Positions 38,001 to 49,791 of a stretch of DNA of 64,000 nucleotides are shown here, in pieces. The notes beneath the pieces are model-generated. The model saw nothing but the letters and a program-made list of their open reading frames with translations, made no database searches and was not told the origin of the DNA. This stretch comes from Tubulanus polymorphus. Its lineage: Eukaryota > Animalia > Nemertea. The stretch lies in assembly GCF_964204645.1 (NCBI RefSeq), contig NC_134029.1, positions 1,798,001-1,862,000 of the forward strand. Reading direction: 5' to 3'. Position numbers and translations under genes: made by a program. Numbering within the stretch: the stretch's first letter is position 1; every line of letters begins with the position of its first letter.

Positions 38001-41000
38001 TATAACAATAGGTTTGAAGACGCGGCTGTATTTATAGTTGATATTGTCTCCAGATTGTGCGTTGAAATCTTTTATACATCTGCATCAACTATGAACTATT
38101 CAAGAGACCAATCAGTTTAGAGTAGATTTTATAGATAGAATTAGAATTTTTTATTGGGGTATAAACTACAGGATATAGCTATTCTGTGCGTCTAAATTAA
38201 TTGTTGATTTTTGAAGAAAATTATTGTGATTTTATTTCAGTTTCGGAGATATGTTTTGGTCTTCAGCTCCCGAGCAAGCGACAGAGCCTATCCCACAACC
38301 CAGTCATCAACGTTCATCTCATAAAAAACATTCCGGCCCCCTTCCTAAATTAGTGTGACGAAAAACCCTCAAAACTTCTCTTACATTCCACAGTCATGTA
38401 GGAAATTATCAGAAATCTAATGTCACGCCTTAGCTTGAAAATTTCATTTTTAAACGTAATCATGTACTGATTTATCAACATCAACACGGACAATTTCGCA
38501 TAGATAAATTCTGGTATAGAATACAGCTTATTCAGTATAGATCTGACTTAAAACTGCTCAGAGATATTATCTGTGATGACCACTTCGTTTTAGTGTAATC
38601 TATTGATGTATATCGGCCAGAAATATACATCAATAATGAAAGTAATTTTCCGAAGTTCATTTTTAAACAGAATGTTGAAGTTTTGATCGATTTAAGTCAA
38701 ATCTCTTTTTAATCTTTGCTGCATTTATAGAAACTAAGATGATGTTTAAATTGGATGGTTATTGATTAGGCAGCTTTCGATTTTGAAATTTCTGTAGTTC
38801 CCTGTGTCTCTACGTGTGATAGAGATAGAGGGACAAAAGTATTTATCAATAGGGGTCGCCGCATGATCAGTATTTCAACTTTCAAATTATTATAGTTTAG
38901 TTTAAACACACCTTATGCATGATTTTCATATATAACAAGCAATCGAATCATTGATATTACAGTTCCATATCTCTTGCAGGTTCCGAGGCCTTATAGACTA
39001 CCCTGTGCTGCCACCTATGTGCCATATTCTGATCCATGTTGATCCCTATTGAGAAATATCTCGTTATTATCGTTTAATGTTACGTTTTTTGTTTTTTCAT
39101 TTTCGTGTTTTTTCTGTGTAATAATGTATAAACTCAGAAAATGGATCGACATCATAGAAAACAGATCATATTTTATTTGAGAAAAGTGTATATTTTAAGA
39201 TAAATTGAAGTTGAATGTTATTATTTAATTAACTTCAAATTTAGATTATTTATGGAAACGGAGCAAATTTTAGTCATATATAAATATATAATTTCATAGA
39301 TGATGTTTGATTAGTGAATGTTGAACATTGTTAAACAATAAATGGTTGAATTCAGAAAATTTGTCTCTTTTTGATTTTGTATTTTTTATCGTAACATAGT
39401 TTTTGGTGTTGGTTTTTTAAATTTTGGTTATTGGGATCACCAGGGATCAGAGTGTGCGTGTGATACATATGGCTCATAGTGGTACCTCCCTTCTTTTGTA
39501 ATTCTATCATTTTGCTTTTCAGAGTTACAGAATTTTACAGAAAATCATTTTTCAACCTAAAAGCTACATTTATGCAATGAGATTTACATTGAAACGATTG
39601 TGTGAAATCTAAATATGTCTGATCATAATCCTGCATCAAATTCATTCTAGAGGCTTTAAGTATTTAATTCTAAATCTATAAATGATTAACATTGAATCTC
39701 ATTGAGTAGATGGAGTTTATATTCATCAATTTTCTGTCCTTCTTTCATCCAACTCAAATCTAAATTCTCATTATTACTGTACGTCTGGAGTCTCGAAACC
39801 TCTCAGGATTTTTCCCTCAGTTATGATCATCATGACCTTGCTTGAATTGTGAGTTGTAAGACTAACGGATCGACAATGTTTGACTTGTGGCTTTCGTGAT
39901 CTTTGAGGATTGAATGAGACTAACCGTGATACCTTACTGAGGAAACCAAAAGCCCCGCACAAAACTGCCTCCTTACAACACTGCCTCCTGACAACTGACT
40001 GACTAAACTATCATATGGGGAACTTTTACTGTATATTTCAGATGGAAAGCCATACCTAAAGATAAGAGGGATCGGTATGGGTGTTTTATAATCATATTGT
40101 CTATAATCGAGTTAGTGGAATAAACTAATCCAGTTTATAGTAACCTTAACAAAAATTCTAATTCTATCTGTCAAATTGTTGGTGTAAGACGCACACACAT
40201 CACTCCAGACATAATACAACAACATTCTACTTTCTAAAATTACCTTTTCATTTACACATGGTCAACTTTCTGGTTTTCCCCTAATGTTTATAATATCCCA
40301 GATTAACATGTTTTATATTGAAATTGGATGCATGCGGAAGAAGGAGGTGAAAAATCAAGAAGCTTCTGATGAGAAAATATATTATTCACAAGATGAGAAA
40401 TCCATACTATTTGTTATTTATTTGTAGCTTCAGTAACTTGTTTAGTTCGTCGAGTAAGCCACCAGGTAGCGCTAAACGAAGTTCACAGACGGCTATGGTT
40501 CGTTATAACGCCCCTACTACTCACGTTCAACCAGTCGGCGACCCGAACAAGAAAAACAGAAAGAACTATAAACTCGGTGATAAAGAGAAAGCGTATGATT
40601 TCTTACAGGAAGAAGCGTAAGTATTAGGTCTTAAATGTTAATGATCGACATCCAGTTCTGCTGGGTTGGTTTCTATAAAGATGAACTAAAAATAGTCTGG
40701 TAATAGTAACTTCTTAAGATCTATAATTCTAAATGACATTTTGGTTAAAACTGTCATTGTAACTTTAGTTTTACCTTACCAGTATTGAGCTATATATACA
40801 CTTGCTAGGGCGGATCTAGGATTTGTAGAAGGCCCTGAAAATTACAATGGGCGCTTCATCTGAAAAGGGCAGATTTGGCAAAAAAAATTCCAGACTTTTT
40901 GGAGGGTAAATTTGAATTTTGAATGTGTTAGACCAGTCCTCCACCCAATCCATCTCCGTAGATCCGCCCTTGGATGGCTTAAGCTTTGATTCTGCTGTCA

Positions 41001-44000
41001 TACCTCATTGAAGTCATACATCAAAGTATCTATTAATTTACGTATTTCTGGTAAATATCAACTAAATTTTCTGAAGATTTGTTTAACGATGTTATTTACA
41101 GCGATAGTGATTCTTCATCTTCATTTGAAATGATAGGCCATGAATCCGGGTAAAATATATTCCCATATATTATCACAACTTCTGATATTCTACACTTTTC
41201 TAAGAGAAAAAAGAAATTCGCTTCAGAATGAAATGGTTTGGGATTTTTAAAACTCTTTCCATCGATACATTTTCTGGAGTTTATGAGCAACTCAATTTCG
41301 CTTCCTTCTTTTGATTTTGTTATTTAAACATCTGCTTGGGAAATGGTGGAATATTTGATCAATTCCTCGGATTTTGCTTTTGAACAGATAATAACTTTTG
41401 CTTCGCTTTTTCAATGTTACGAGGTGAAGGCTGAAGATTAGCAAAAGAATTTCTTCGAGAATTACGCATCATTCATCACCTGGGTATAAACGAGGTAACG
41501 TCGTATTTAACGATGAAGGATCATTATTTTTGTAGATTGAACGAAAAAGCGAAGAAACATCGCGAAAACGAGCGAAGAGAGCAGTATAAACAAGTGAGAG
41601 CTCACGTGAAGAAAGATGACGGTAGAATGCAAGCGTACGGCTGGAGTTTACCGGCTAAATTTCAACCGCTTTCATTACGCGATCCATCGGGGGGAAACAA
41701 GAGTCACGTTCCGGTACCTGTACCAGTATACTGTCGCCCCCTACTGGAGAAAGATCCCGGAATGAAGGTACAAAACAAATAGCTATACAGGGGCCACCTT
41801 GCTCAGAAGATGGTTAAACATAACTGGTGGATAGATACAACTGCTACAATTGAACTTTACAAAAGAACTCTCAATTGTCAACTATCCCACTGTTTACTCT
41901 AACTAACTGTTGAGCGACTGGCCACAGCTGAATCTACCCGACGAGGCCAGTTGCTCAGAAGTTGGTTGAGTAAACCGTTGGATAAATGCCATGATGATAA
42001 TTGGACATGCATTGTGTTAATCAACCAATTAACTCTAACCAACTTTCGAGTGACCGGCCGCTGCAGGTATTCAGATGATTATATGTGATTGTTATTGTTG
42101 AAGATCTGGTGCGCGGCAGGTGTAAATCTGACGGGTGGACGAACTCGCGACGGTGGTTCTATTGTCGGTGCTAGTGTGTTCTATTCGGAACCCCCTGAGA
42201 GTGAAACCACCGACAAACCACCAGAAACCGAGATCGATAAACTAGACAAAGAACTGAAGGTAACTTTAAACAAATCGTCACTCGATGAAACGATGTTTTC
42301 CGATCGATATTGATTTTCGTTCGGTTGAAATTTTAGGATCACGAAGAAAATGTACGAGAAGAAGACGATCAACATATGTCATCGTTTGTATGGATAGTAA
42401 CGTCAACTCACGCGTCGAGTCGTGTCACTGTTATCGATGCTAATAACCCGGCAGATGTATTAGAATCGTTTCATGTATCATCGACTCATATTCTCTGTAT
42501 CACTAGTGTTCCAGGTAATACTCGTTCACATCTGCCAATGTGGCCACTTACTTTGGAAATCAGGGAAAATGTCTGCGAATTATCTTTTGTAATAGTCAGA
42601 GAATTTTGTAAAAAATTTCTGAAAATTATCTTTTACAATTGTCAGAGAATATTTGTATAAAAGCTAAAAGTCGGGGAAATTTGTTGAGATTGCTAGATCA
42701 CGTGTAAAATCAAACAGTTTCCGCCTACCGGGTATGTCTTATGTATTTGTCTGTTAAATGATTACATTCTTAGCAGATGGAGTTGTGGAAAACGACATAC
42801 ATGTCAGGGCAAAAGCATGTCAAATAAAACTGGCCAGCCTGATCTGCTTTTATGTGCTTGTTAAATAGTTAGTCAGCCTTTTATTCGAAAAGTGTTACTT
42901 AACTCGGGATAAGGGTCATTTTGTTCAGGGCGGTTCATTAGTAGATTTGCTTGTTTTGGAACTGGCTCCTTTGCTGTTGTTATCAGATTTTCTGGTAAAT
43001 TTATCGATTTTGTGCCTTTGTAGGAGCTAAAGAGAGTGATTATCCGATAGAGGAACCAGTTATCCCCGATCCGGATATCAATCTACAAGCTAGTCCAGTA
43101 AAACAATCTAATACGACTCCTACTGAAGAGTCGACTAATATCGGAGGTATAACATTCGTTCAATGTGCTACTGGAGGAGCTAGTCACAGTACAACACCTG
43201 TCTCAGGATCACCTACTGGATCACTAACTCGTAGTAAAGGTAATTAATATTCTATCAATCTATGAAAATACATTTAGTCATATTACAGATTATCTGGGGT
43301 TGTAGGGATCTTGCGACACATCTGTGGGGTTTGTACAGAAATCCAAACTCCACAGATGGTTTTCATTAAAAAGTTTTTGAATATTTTGCTTCTGATTTAA
43401 ATAATTCATTTAACGTATTTTTATATTCACATTAATCTCCCTTTTATCCATTCCATCGTCCTTTAGTACATATACGTATATATATATCATTGTAATGATG
43501 AGGATGATCTTGAAAACTGCACGAATTTGATTTCATGAGATGAAAAACAGTGTTTAGTATTAAGTTCTGTATCTGTCTGTACACAGAGAGTAGTCCTGAA
43601 AATACGGAGGATCTAGCTGCAGTATCTGCAGCGATACAGGCAGTAGCTGGAAAACGTAATAAAGCTTCAGCAGGTAATTTAGCATGTTGCGTGTAACCCT
43701 TACCCTTCAAATAACTCAAGTAATTAGTTCAGGGTCCGGTTTCAAGACTGGGTTATAATTCGGGTGAACATTTGATAATCTACGATCAATCTGTCCCTAC
43801 AGTAGAATAAGTTAATCATGGTTTCTGTGATTGAATAAGTTGCTTCAATCAATTGAATTGAGGAGTTATATAGAGATAGATTGAGTCTGATTCTCAGCAC
43901 CTATTATATTTTTCTGGGTTTAACAGTGCCAGTAGTTGGAATAGATTCTGATGAAGGTAAATTACCTGTTTGTGCCGTGTTTTTGTTGTTGGGAAATTGA

Positions 44001-47000
44001 CAAATATTTCAGTGTATTTTTGCTTTCTAATCGAACGCACAGCATTCAACGCTATTTGAGTAGATGTATAAGAAATGCATGAGTGTAGTGAATCTAATAT
44101 TTTAATTCATCAAAATAGTTGTTTCATGGAAGTTCTTGCTAATATTTTCTGTATGGATGGTACATTGAACTCAGCATATCAGGTCTATGTATATATATAT
44201 ATATATAGGCCTATATATATATATGTATGTATATTGGTATAGTATATAGAGCGTATATGTGGTATATAGGTGTTGTATGGTGTGTGTATTACAGGAGATC
44301 CTCTCGGTGCTATTGTAGATGGATCACAGATTAAAGCTACAGTAATCCGCGCGACGGGAGAACCGGCATCTTCGGGGAAAACCAGTCCGACTGCAATCAG
44401 TCCAGATGAGAAACGATTACTGAATGAACCGTCAGATGTCGTTAGAGATGGAATTTATGGAGTCGAAGATAATGTCCTCGTTTCAGAGGTGGAGAAAATG
44501 TCATCTAGCGTTTTACCTACGATGTGGTTAGGGTCTCAAAGTGGCAGGTTAGTTAGTGTCTCATGCTATAAACGATGTGGTTAGGGTCTCAAAGTGGCAG
44601 GTTAGTTAGTGTCTCATGCTATAATACTGAGACCTGAAGTGACAGTGGTATTATCGTAAGGACTGCAGTGAACTACATTCATTCAGGACTTGAAGAAACC
44701 TGTTAACCATTTCAGTGTGTGACTGGTTTCAGTTTCATATGTGACTGGTGCTGGCATCTTTTAATGGAGATAAAAACTATTTACACCAATACATCGCAAT
44801 GCGGTGTACTAACAAAGTCCATCATCAATTTATACGCGGCAGGATTTAAAGATACAGTGGATGATTATAGAATTGTATGTTGTTTTATTCTAGTTTATAC
44901 GTTCATTCGGCTGTTTCTCACTGGAGAAGATGTCTTCATTCTGTCAAACTGAAAGATTCAGTACTTCATATTGTGTAAGTGTCTAGCTGTGATACATCGC
45001 TGTGCTCCTTATGAAGACCATATAGAAATAATTTGAAATATTCTAATTGAATTATAGGTCAGTGAAAGGTCGGGTATTAGCGGCGTTAGCAGACGGAACG
45101 GTTGCAATATTCCACAGAGCTACAGGTATGTAAACACTGGTTTACCCCTCACTCCTTCACAAATATAGCAGCTGTTTGGATTAAGCCAAAGGTTACCTCA
45201 TCGATCGAGGATTCATGGTGGCAGAGTTTTATTCCGGTTACTGTTTGTATATTCATAGATGGACAGTGGGATTTAACGAACTATCATCTGTTAGACCTCG
45301 GACGACCGCATCACTCGATACGCTGTATGACAATAGTAGCCAACAAATATGTGTGGTGTGGTTATAGAAATAAAATACATGTCGTTGATCCTAAAACGAT
45401 GAAACTCGAGGTCAGTTTATATTGTATGAATCTATAAAATCTGCTGCTCTTTCAATTTCTGATCTCTAATATGAAATCATGTTCGTTTTAAGAAATCATT
45501 CGATGCACATCCGCGTAAAGAGAGTCAAGTGCGGCAGATGGCTTGGGTTGGAGATGGTGTTTGGGTATCTATTAGATTAGATAGTACACTCAGATTGTAT
45601 CACGCGTACACACAGGAACATTTACAAGATGTTGACATTGAACCTTACGTCAGCAAAATGTTAGGTAAGTAGAAATACACAAACCAGTCATATTACTCGA
45701 GGAGAGGGCACTGTATGCTAATGAATGTGTGTTTATAGGAACTGGTAAACTTGGATTCTCATTTGTAAGGATAACATCACTGCTGATATCGTGCAATCGA
45801 TTGTGGATTGGAACTGGAAATGGAGTCATCATCTCGGTACCTCTCTCAGAAGGTATGTATTTACAGTCAAAGTCATCCTAGCCGGGACAATCATTGATAC
45901 GTTGACTTAACCAGAAGATGAATTTGACTTAGTGAATAGAATCAGAAATATGAATGAAGACTCAGTGACAGCAGTTCGTCTATACTATCAAACGAAAACC
46001 ACTTGATTGAAAATGTCTTCAATTTCTGTCTGAATATTTCAGGTAATAAAGTTCCAGTGAACGCGTCTGGTACGGCTGGTAAACCCGGAGGGGTCATACG
46101 TGTTTACGGCGATGCAGCCAGTGATTCTGTAACTCCCGGTACATTCATACCTTATTGCACGATGGCGCAAGCTCAGCTTTCCTTCCACGGTCATCGCGAT
46201 GCTGTCAAATTCTTCGCAGCAGTTCCAGGTATAATCATTGATCCTCCCTAATCACTTATATATTTAACTTGAAATTAAGAGTTGATTTTATCTATGATGC
46301 AGTGCATTTACAGTAGAAAAATTATAACAATTCAGTTGAAAGGCAATGGGACATTCACATATAAGTTATCTCCATATTGTATTGTTTTTCTTCAGCGGTG
46401 TCTAAGTCAAAACGCTTACTACCTGAGGACACTAACAGTACGGTTCTATATAATATTTACATACGCATAATCTTTGTTTCGGGAATGATATAACTAGTAC
46501 AGGGTGAAAAAGTTGTGCGTCTGCATTAGCTACTAGACTGGTTTACAATAAGTCTATTTTCAGCCAGGTTTTTGCACCTTAGATAACCTTTATAAACACC
46601 TTTCTTTTTACATACTCTATCTAGCCAAAATATACTAGCAATGTAAAATACCTTATAAAATTACTTTCCTTACGATATCTGCAAACTTTACTGCATTAAC
46701 ACAGCCTAAAAATCACTAAATACTTACTAACCCTTCAGTCAGTTGAGAGAGAACATACCCCTGCTAACCCTGAAACTAGCTACTAGAGGTTGTTTGAAAT
46801 AATGTGCATTAATTAAATCTAACAGTATGGTGGTCCGATCGATCTCTTAGTTTGGTCAAACAGCAAAGAACTTAAGTATATAATAATAATCTATGTATAA
46901 TAATATCATATGATTATCATATGTTTGATATGTTTTCTATTCTATTGTTGTACATTATCTAAAAAACCTATTTTAGTCTTGGATTCTGTTTATGTTATTC

Positions 47001-47610
47001 AATTAATTAGACAATATCAACTGAAATGTGATTTTTACAGATAAGGATTGATAGGATTTCTATTACTTGTAGGTCCTCTTGCCAAAGGAATCAGTTCTGC
47101 ATCAATTTCCTCATCAACTGACGATAAAAACAACTTATTATCGAGTCGTAAAACGAAATTAGTTATCTCTGGTGGTGAGGGATACATTGACTTCAGAATC
47201 GGTGAGTCTTACTGTGTTTAATGCATTTGGAAATGAATGAGTTTCATTCAATTGTGTGCCCTATAGGCTCTTAGTATATGACCAGTGAGCCTTAGAACTA
47301 CGTAAATTATGATGACACAATTGCCCTCGTGTGTCCCCTCAAAACCATAGAAAGTCACGGACAACTGGTCACAACCCTAGCTGGCCAATCATATGAGCCC
47401 ACTCAAAACCATAGATAGTCATTCATGAATAACTGGTCATAACTCACTCATGAGGGAATGAGAGCAGTGAATAAATGATTGTTTACTGTTTCAGGTGATG
47501 GAGATGAGGATGAAACGACTATAGTTGGAGTCGATGAAGAAAGGAAATGTAATATAGGGCGAGCCGATCGTAGTCACCTTATTGTCTGGCAGGTGTCAGC
47601 ACCTTCTTGA
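32100..47610 (+). CDS. MAPK8IP3: JNK-interacting protein 3/4 (sunday driver/UNC-16; MAPK8IP3/SPAG9 family): RH1, LZII, RH2 and C-terminal WD40-like domain
   Basis: About 30 in-phase exons. Motifs [21 protein letters not shown]...LLTQYEREK (RH1), [31 protein letters not shown] (LZII), [39 protein letters not shown] (RH2), [51 protein letters not shown] and SHLIVWQV; TGA at 47608-47610; AATAAA at 49084. Probably a single co-orthologue of vertebrate JIP3 and JIP4. Confidence 0.93.
38241..38358 (+). CDS. Putative alternative terminal coding exon of JIP3/4
   Basis: Acceptor TTTTATTTCAG. Phase-2 compatible with the donor at 37832; reads [13 protein letters not shown]...LPKLV-TGA. AATAAA at 39337 followed by a U/GU-rich tract. 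Confidence 0.6.
40807..40970. mobile_element. MITE with 12-bp perfect TIRs
   Basis: AGGGCGGATCTA (40807-40818) ... TAGATCCGCCCT (40959-40970). Confidence 0.65.
41788..42059. mobile_element. Two adjacent related MITE-like elements in a JIP3/4 intron
   Basis: GGCCACCTTGCTCAGAAGATGGTT...GTTGAGCGACTGGCC (~41791-41923) and GGCCAGTTGCTCAGAAGTTGGTT...AACCAACTTTCGAGTGACCGGCC (41945-42059). Confidence 0.6.
44519..44623 (+). repeat. 53-bp-period duplication spanning an exon end and its 5' splice site
   Basis: ACGATGTGGTTAGGGTCTCAAAGTGGCAG|GTTAGTTAGTGTCTCATGCTATAA occurs twice. Confidence 0.95.
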
Positions 47611-49164
47611 TTCGCGGAAAACAGACGACAATGTTATGATTTAGTTTCACCTCCAGTATATATGTTTGTCATGTAATAGAATATTGTCATCAGAATTTTG
47701 CATCACACGTGGCCACGCAATTCTGTTCTGTACTGTACTTACTGTACTGTATGGTTGTTTGGATTATATTATGCTAAGACTGGATTAATGAGGCTAATTT
47801 ATATAGTCGTCTGTGTGGAAAGTGACCGCGAATCCTGCATGAGAAATAGACATTTGTATTTTCCATTGCCTGGACTTTAAACACATTAGCCACCACTAGA
47901 TGGAGTTGGTGTTGGCTTGTTTGCGCTTTTATGTTTGTTAATGATTATATTTCGTTTCGAAAGCTTTCAATTCTGGGTTGAAAACGAATGATTTGAAAAT
48001 CGCATTCGAGAAACCTCTGAAGTTTGCAGTGTTTCAAATAAAAACGTTTTCAGATCGCAGCTGATAACTGCCTATATAACGAATCTATATAGAATCATTT
48101 TGTATATTTAATTTTTAGATGTAAATAATCCTTTCAAAACTTAATGTATAAATTACTTTACATTTGTTGTAAATTGTTTTAGATTCTTTCAATAGTTCAT
48201 TGGATTTTTGGAGAGGGGTAGGCCAGACGGGGCATGAAATGATATATATATATATACACGGTACCAGCTAATCACAGATTTTATTATGATGTAGTTTTAT
48301 TCTGATAAATGATTTTTTATATAGGTGCAATAGTTGTTCTATTTCTGTGATAGATATTTATGTTTTTTGAATTCATATATTGATTAAGAACGTTGAACTA
48401 TGATCAGAGATGCTATCTACACCCGTGAAATGTACGAGTCAAATTTTGAAGGTACAGACAGAAGGACTCTCATTGTTTGCCCACTTTCAGTACACACATT
48501 AATGGTTTATAACTGAGATTGTGTTAAAGCTTCCTTTCACACTGGTTTCTGATGATTTTAGAATGAAGTGTAGATGCAACTTCTATTATATTAGCAGCAA
48601 CAGTTTCAGGTGGTTCTACTTATTGGCCTGGGTCAGATGACTAGCTATAGACCTTATTCAGCTGTGTTAAAAGTGAGCGTAAACAGTTATCCAAAGTAAA
48701 GCCACAGTTGATTGACATTTTACAGACAATATGGCACATGCGACTAGGCTGAATAGGGTCTGTTTTTAAGTGACTCATTGGAATTTGTAGTGTATGTATT
48801 ATTTAAGTATTTTGTTTCCTAGTCAATTACATCTCCACTAATTATACGTGTACAAAAATGAATTATTTTCTCATGACAATTTTTTCAACAAATCAAAAAA
48901 ATCCTTATTTGACTGAAGTCTTTGTCGACTCTTAAATTGAAATGTTTTGAGAGGTATTTTTGATTTCAGCTTATTGTTATATTCCTGTGCTTCTAAAGAA
49001 TGATGTTGTATATATGATTCAGGTACGACTGGGCGTTAATTTTAACCAAATTTCAGCTTTTTAGTCACAGTTTACGCCGATGTAATAAATGAATATATTC
49101 TATGTATTATTTGCCCATAAATAAAAGACTTGCATTGTGGCATCCAATTTGTTCCTTACTTATT

Positions 49165-49425
49165 CGGTGCCTGGCTAAAGCAATTAAAACAATGATTTTG
49201 AGACGGTAGCTGTTGAGGTGATTGTAGGAAGCTCCCATTTTGAACGGCGCCTGGTGCTGAATCCATTCTTTGAAGATACAAGCGATGATAAGAAAATATG
49301 TTGAGATCATTGTAGAAAGCTTTCATTAAATAATCCTTCCTTTTTTGAACGGTGCCTGGCTGACTATTCCTGGCAATGATTGCAAGACGATAATTGTTGA
49401 GGTTATTGTAGGAAGCTTTATTATG
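49165..49425. repeat. Three degenerate ~90-bp units between the convergent 3' ends of JIP3/4 and FBXW2
   Basis: CGGYGCCTGG ... RCRATGAT ... TGTTGAGRTBATTGTAGRAAGCT recurs, with the TGTTGAG core at 49211, 49299 and 49395. Confidence 0.75.
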
Positions 49426-49543
49426 TTTCTAAATGCAATATCACTCGGGTAAAAATAACAAAATACACTCATCACAAGGTATAGACTATATATCTGTGGA
49501 ATATATTATCATTATCACAAGTCTATGTCATCTACACTTTGGG

Positions 49544-49772
49544 CGTCCTCCCTCAGCAGGGATTCGAACCTGATGGAATTGCAGTAGTTTCCAGGAAACC
49601 TTGCCTGATAAGCCCTATTGCACAGCTAAAGCTATCCGTGATTTGCCTGAGATAATACTACAGGAAATCTGATAGGTGGCGCACATTTTCATGCTGCTTG
49701 TGCATGTCCCTGCGCACTGAGACTAATTGCGCAGGGTTTGATGCCGCAGCAGTCTTGCGATGTCAAGGGAGT
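49544..49772. mobile_element. Second, degenerate copy of the Mutator-like MITE family seen at 19373
   Basis: Begins CGTCCTCCCTCAGCAGGGATTCGAACCTGATG. The right part (CTGATAGGTGGC...GCATGTCCCTGCGCAC...CAGGGTTTGATGCCG...GCGATG) aligns with the right arm of the IDS copy; the right TIR is truncated. Confidence 0.7.
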
Positions 49773-49791
49773 GGCACTTAAGGCGTCTGGT

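Noticed and set aside
49190-49225. SECIS-like ATGA...TGA core in the first hairpin unit
   Set aside because: No apical AA motif, helix II is irregular, and no in-frame TGA selenoprotein candidate lies upstream.
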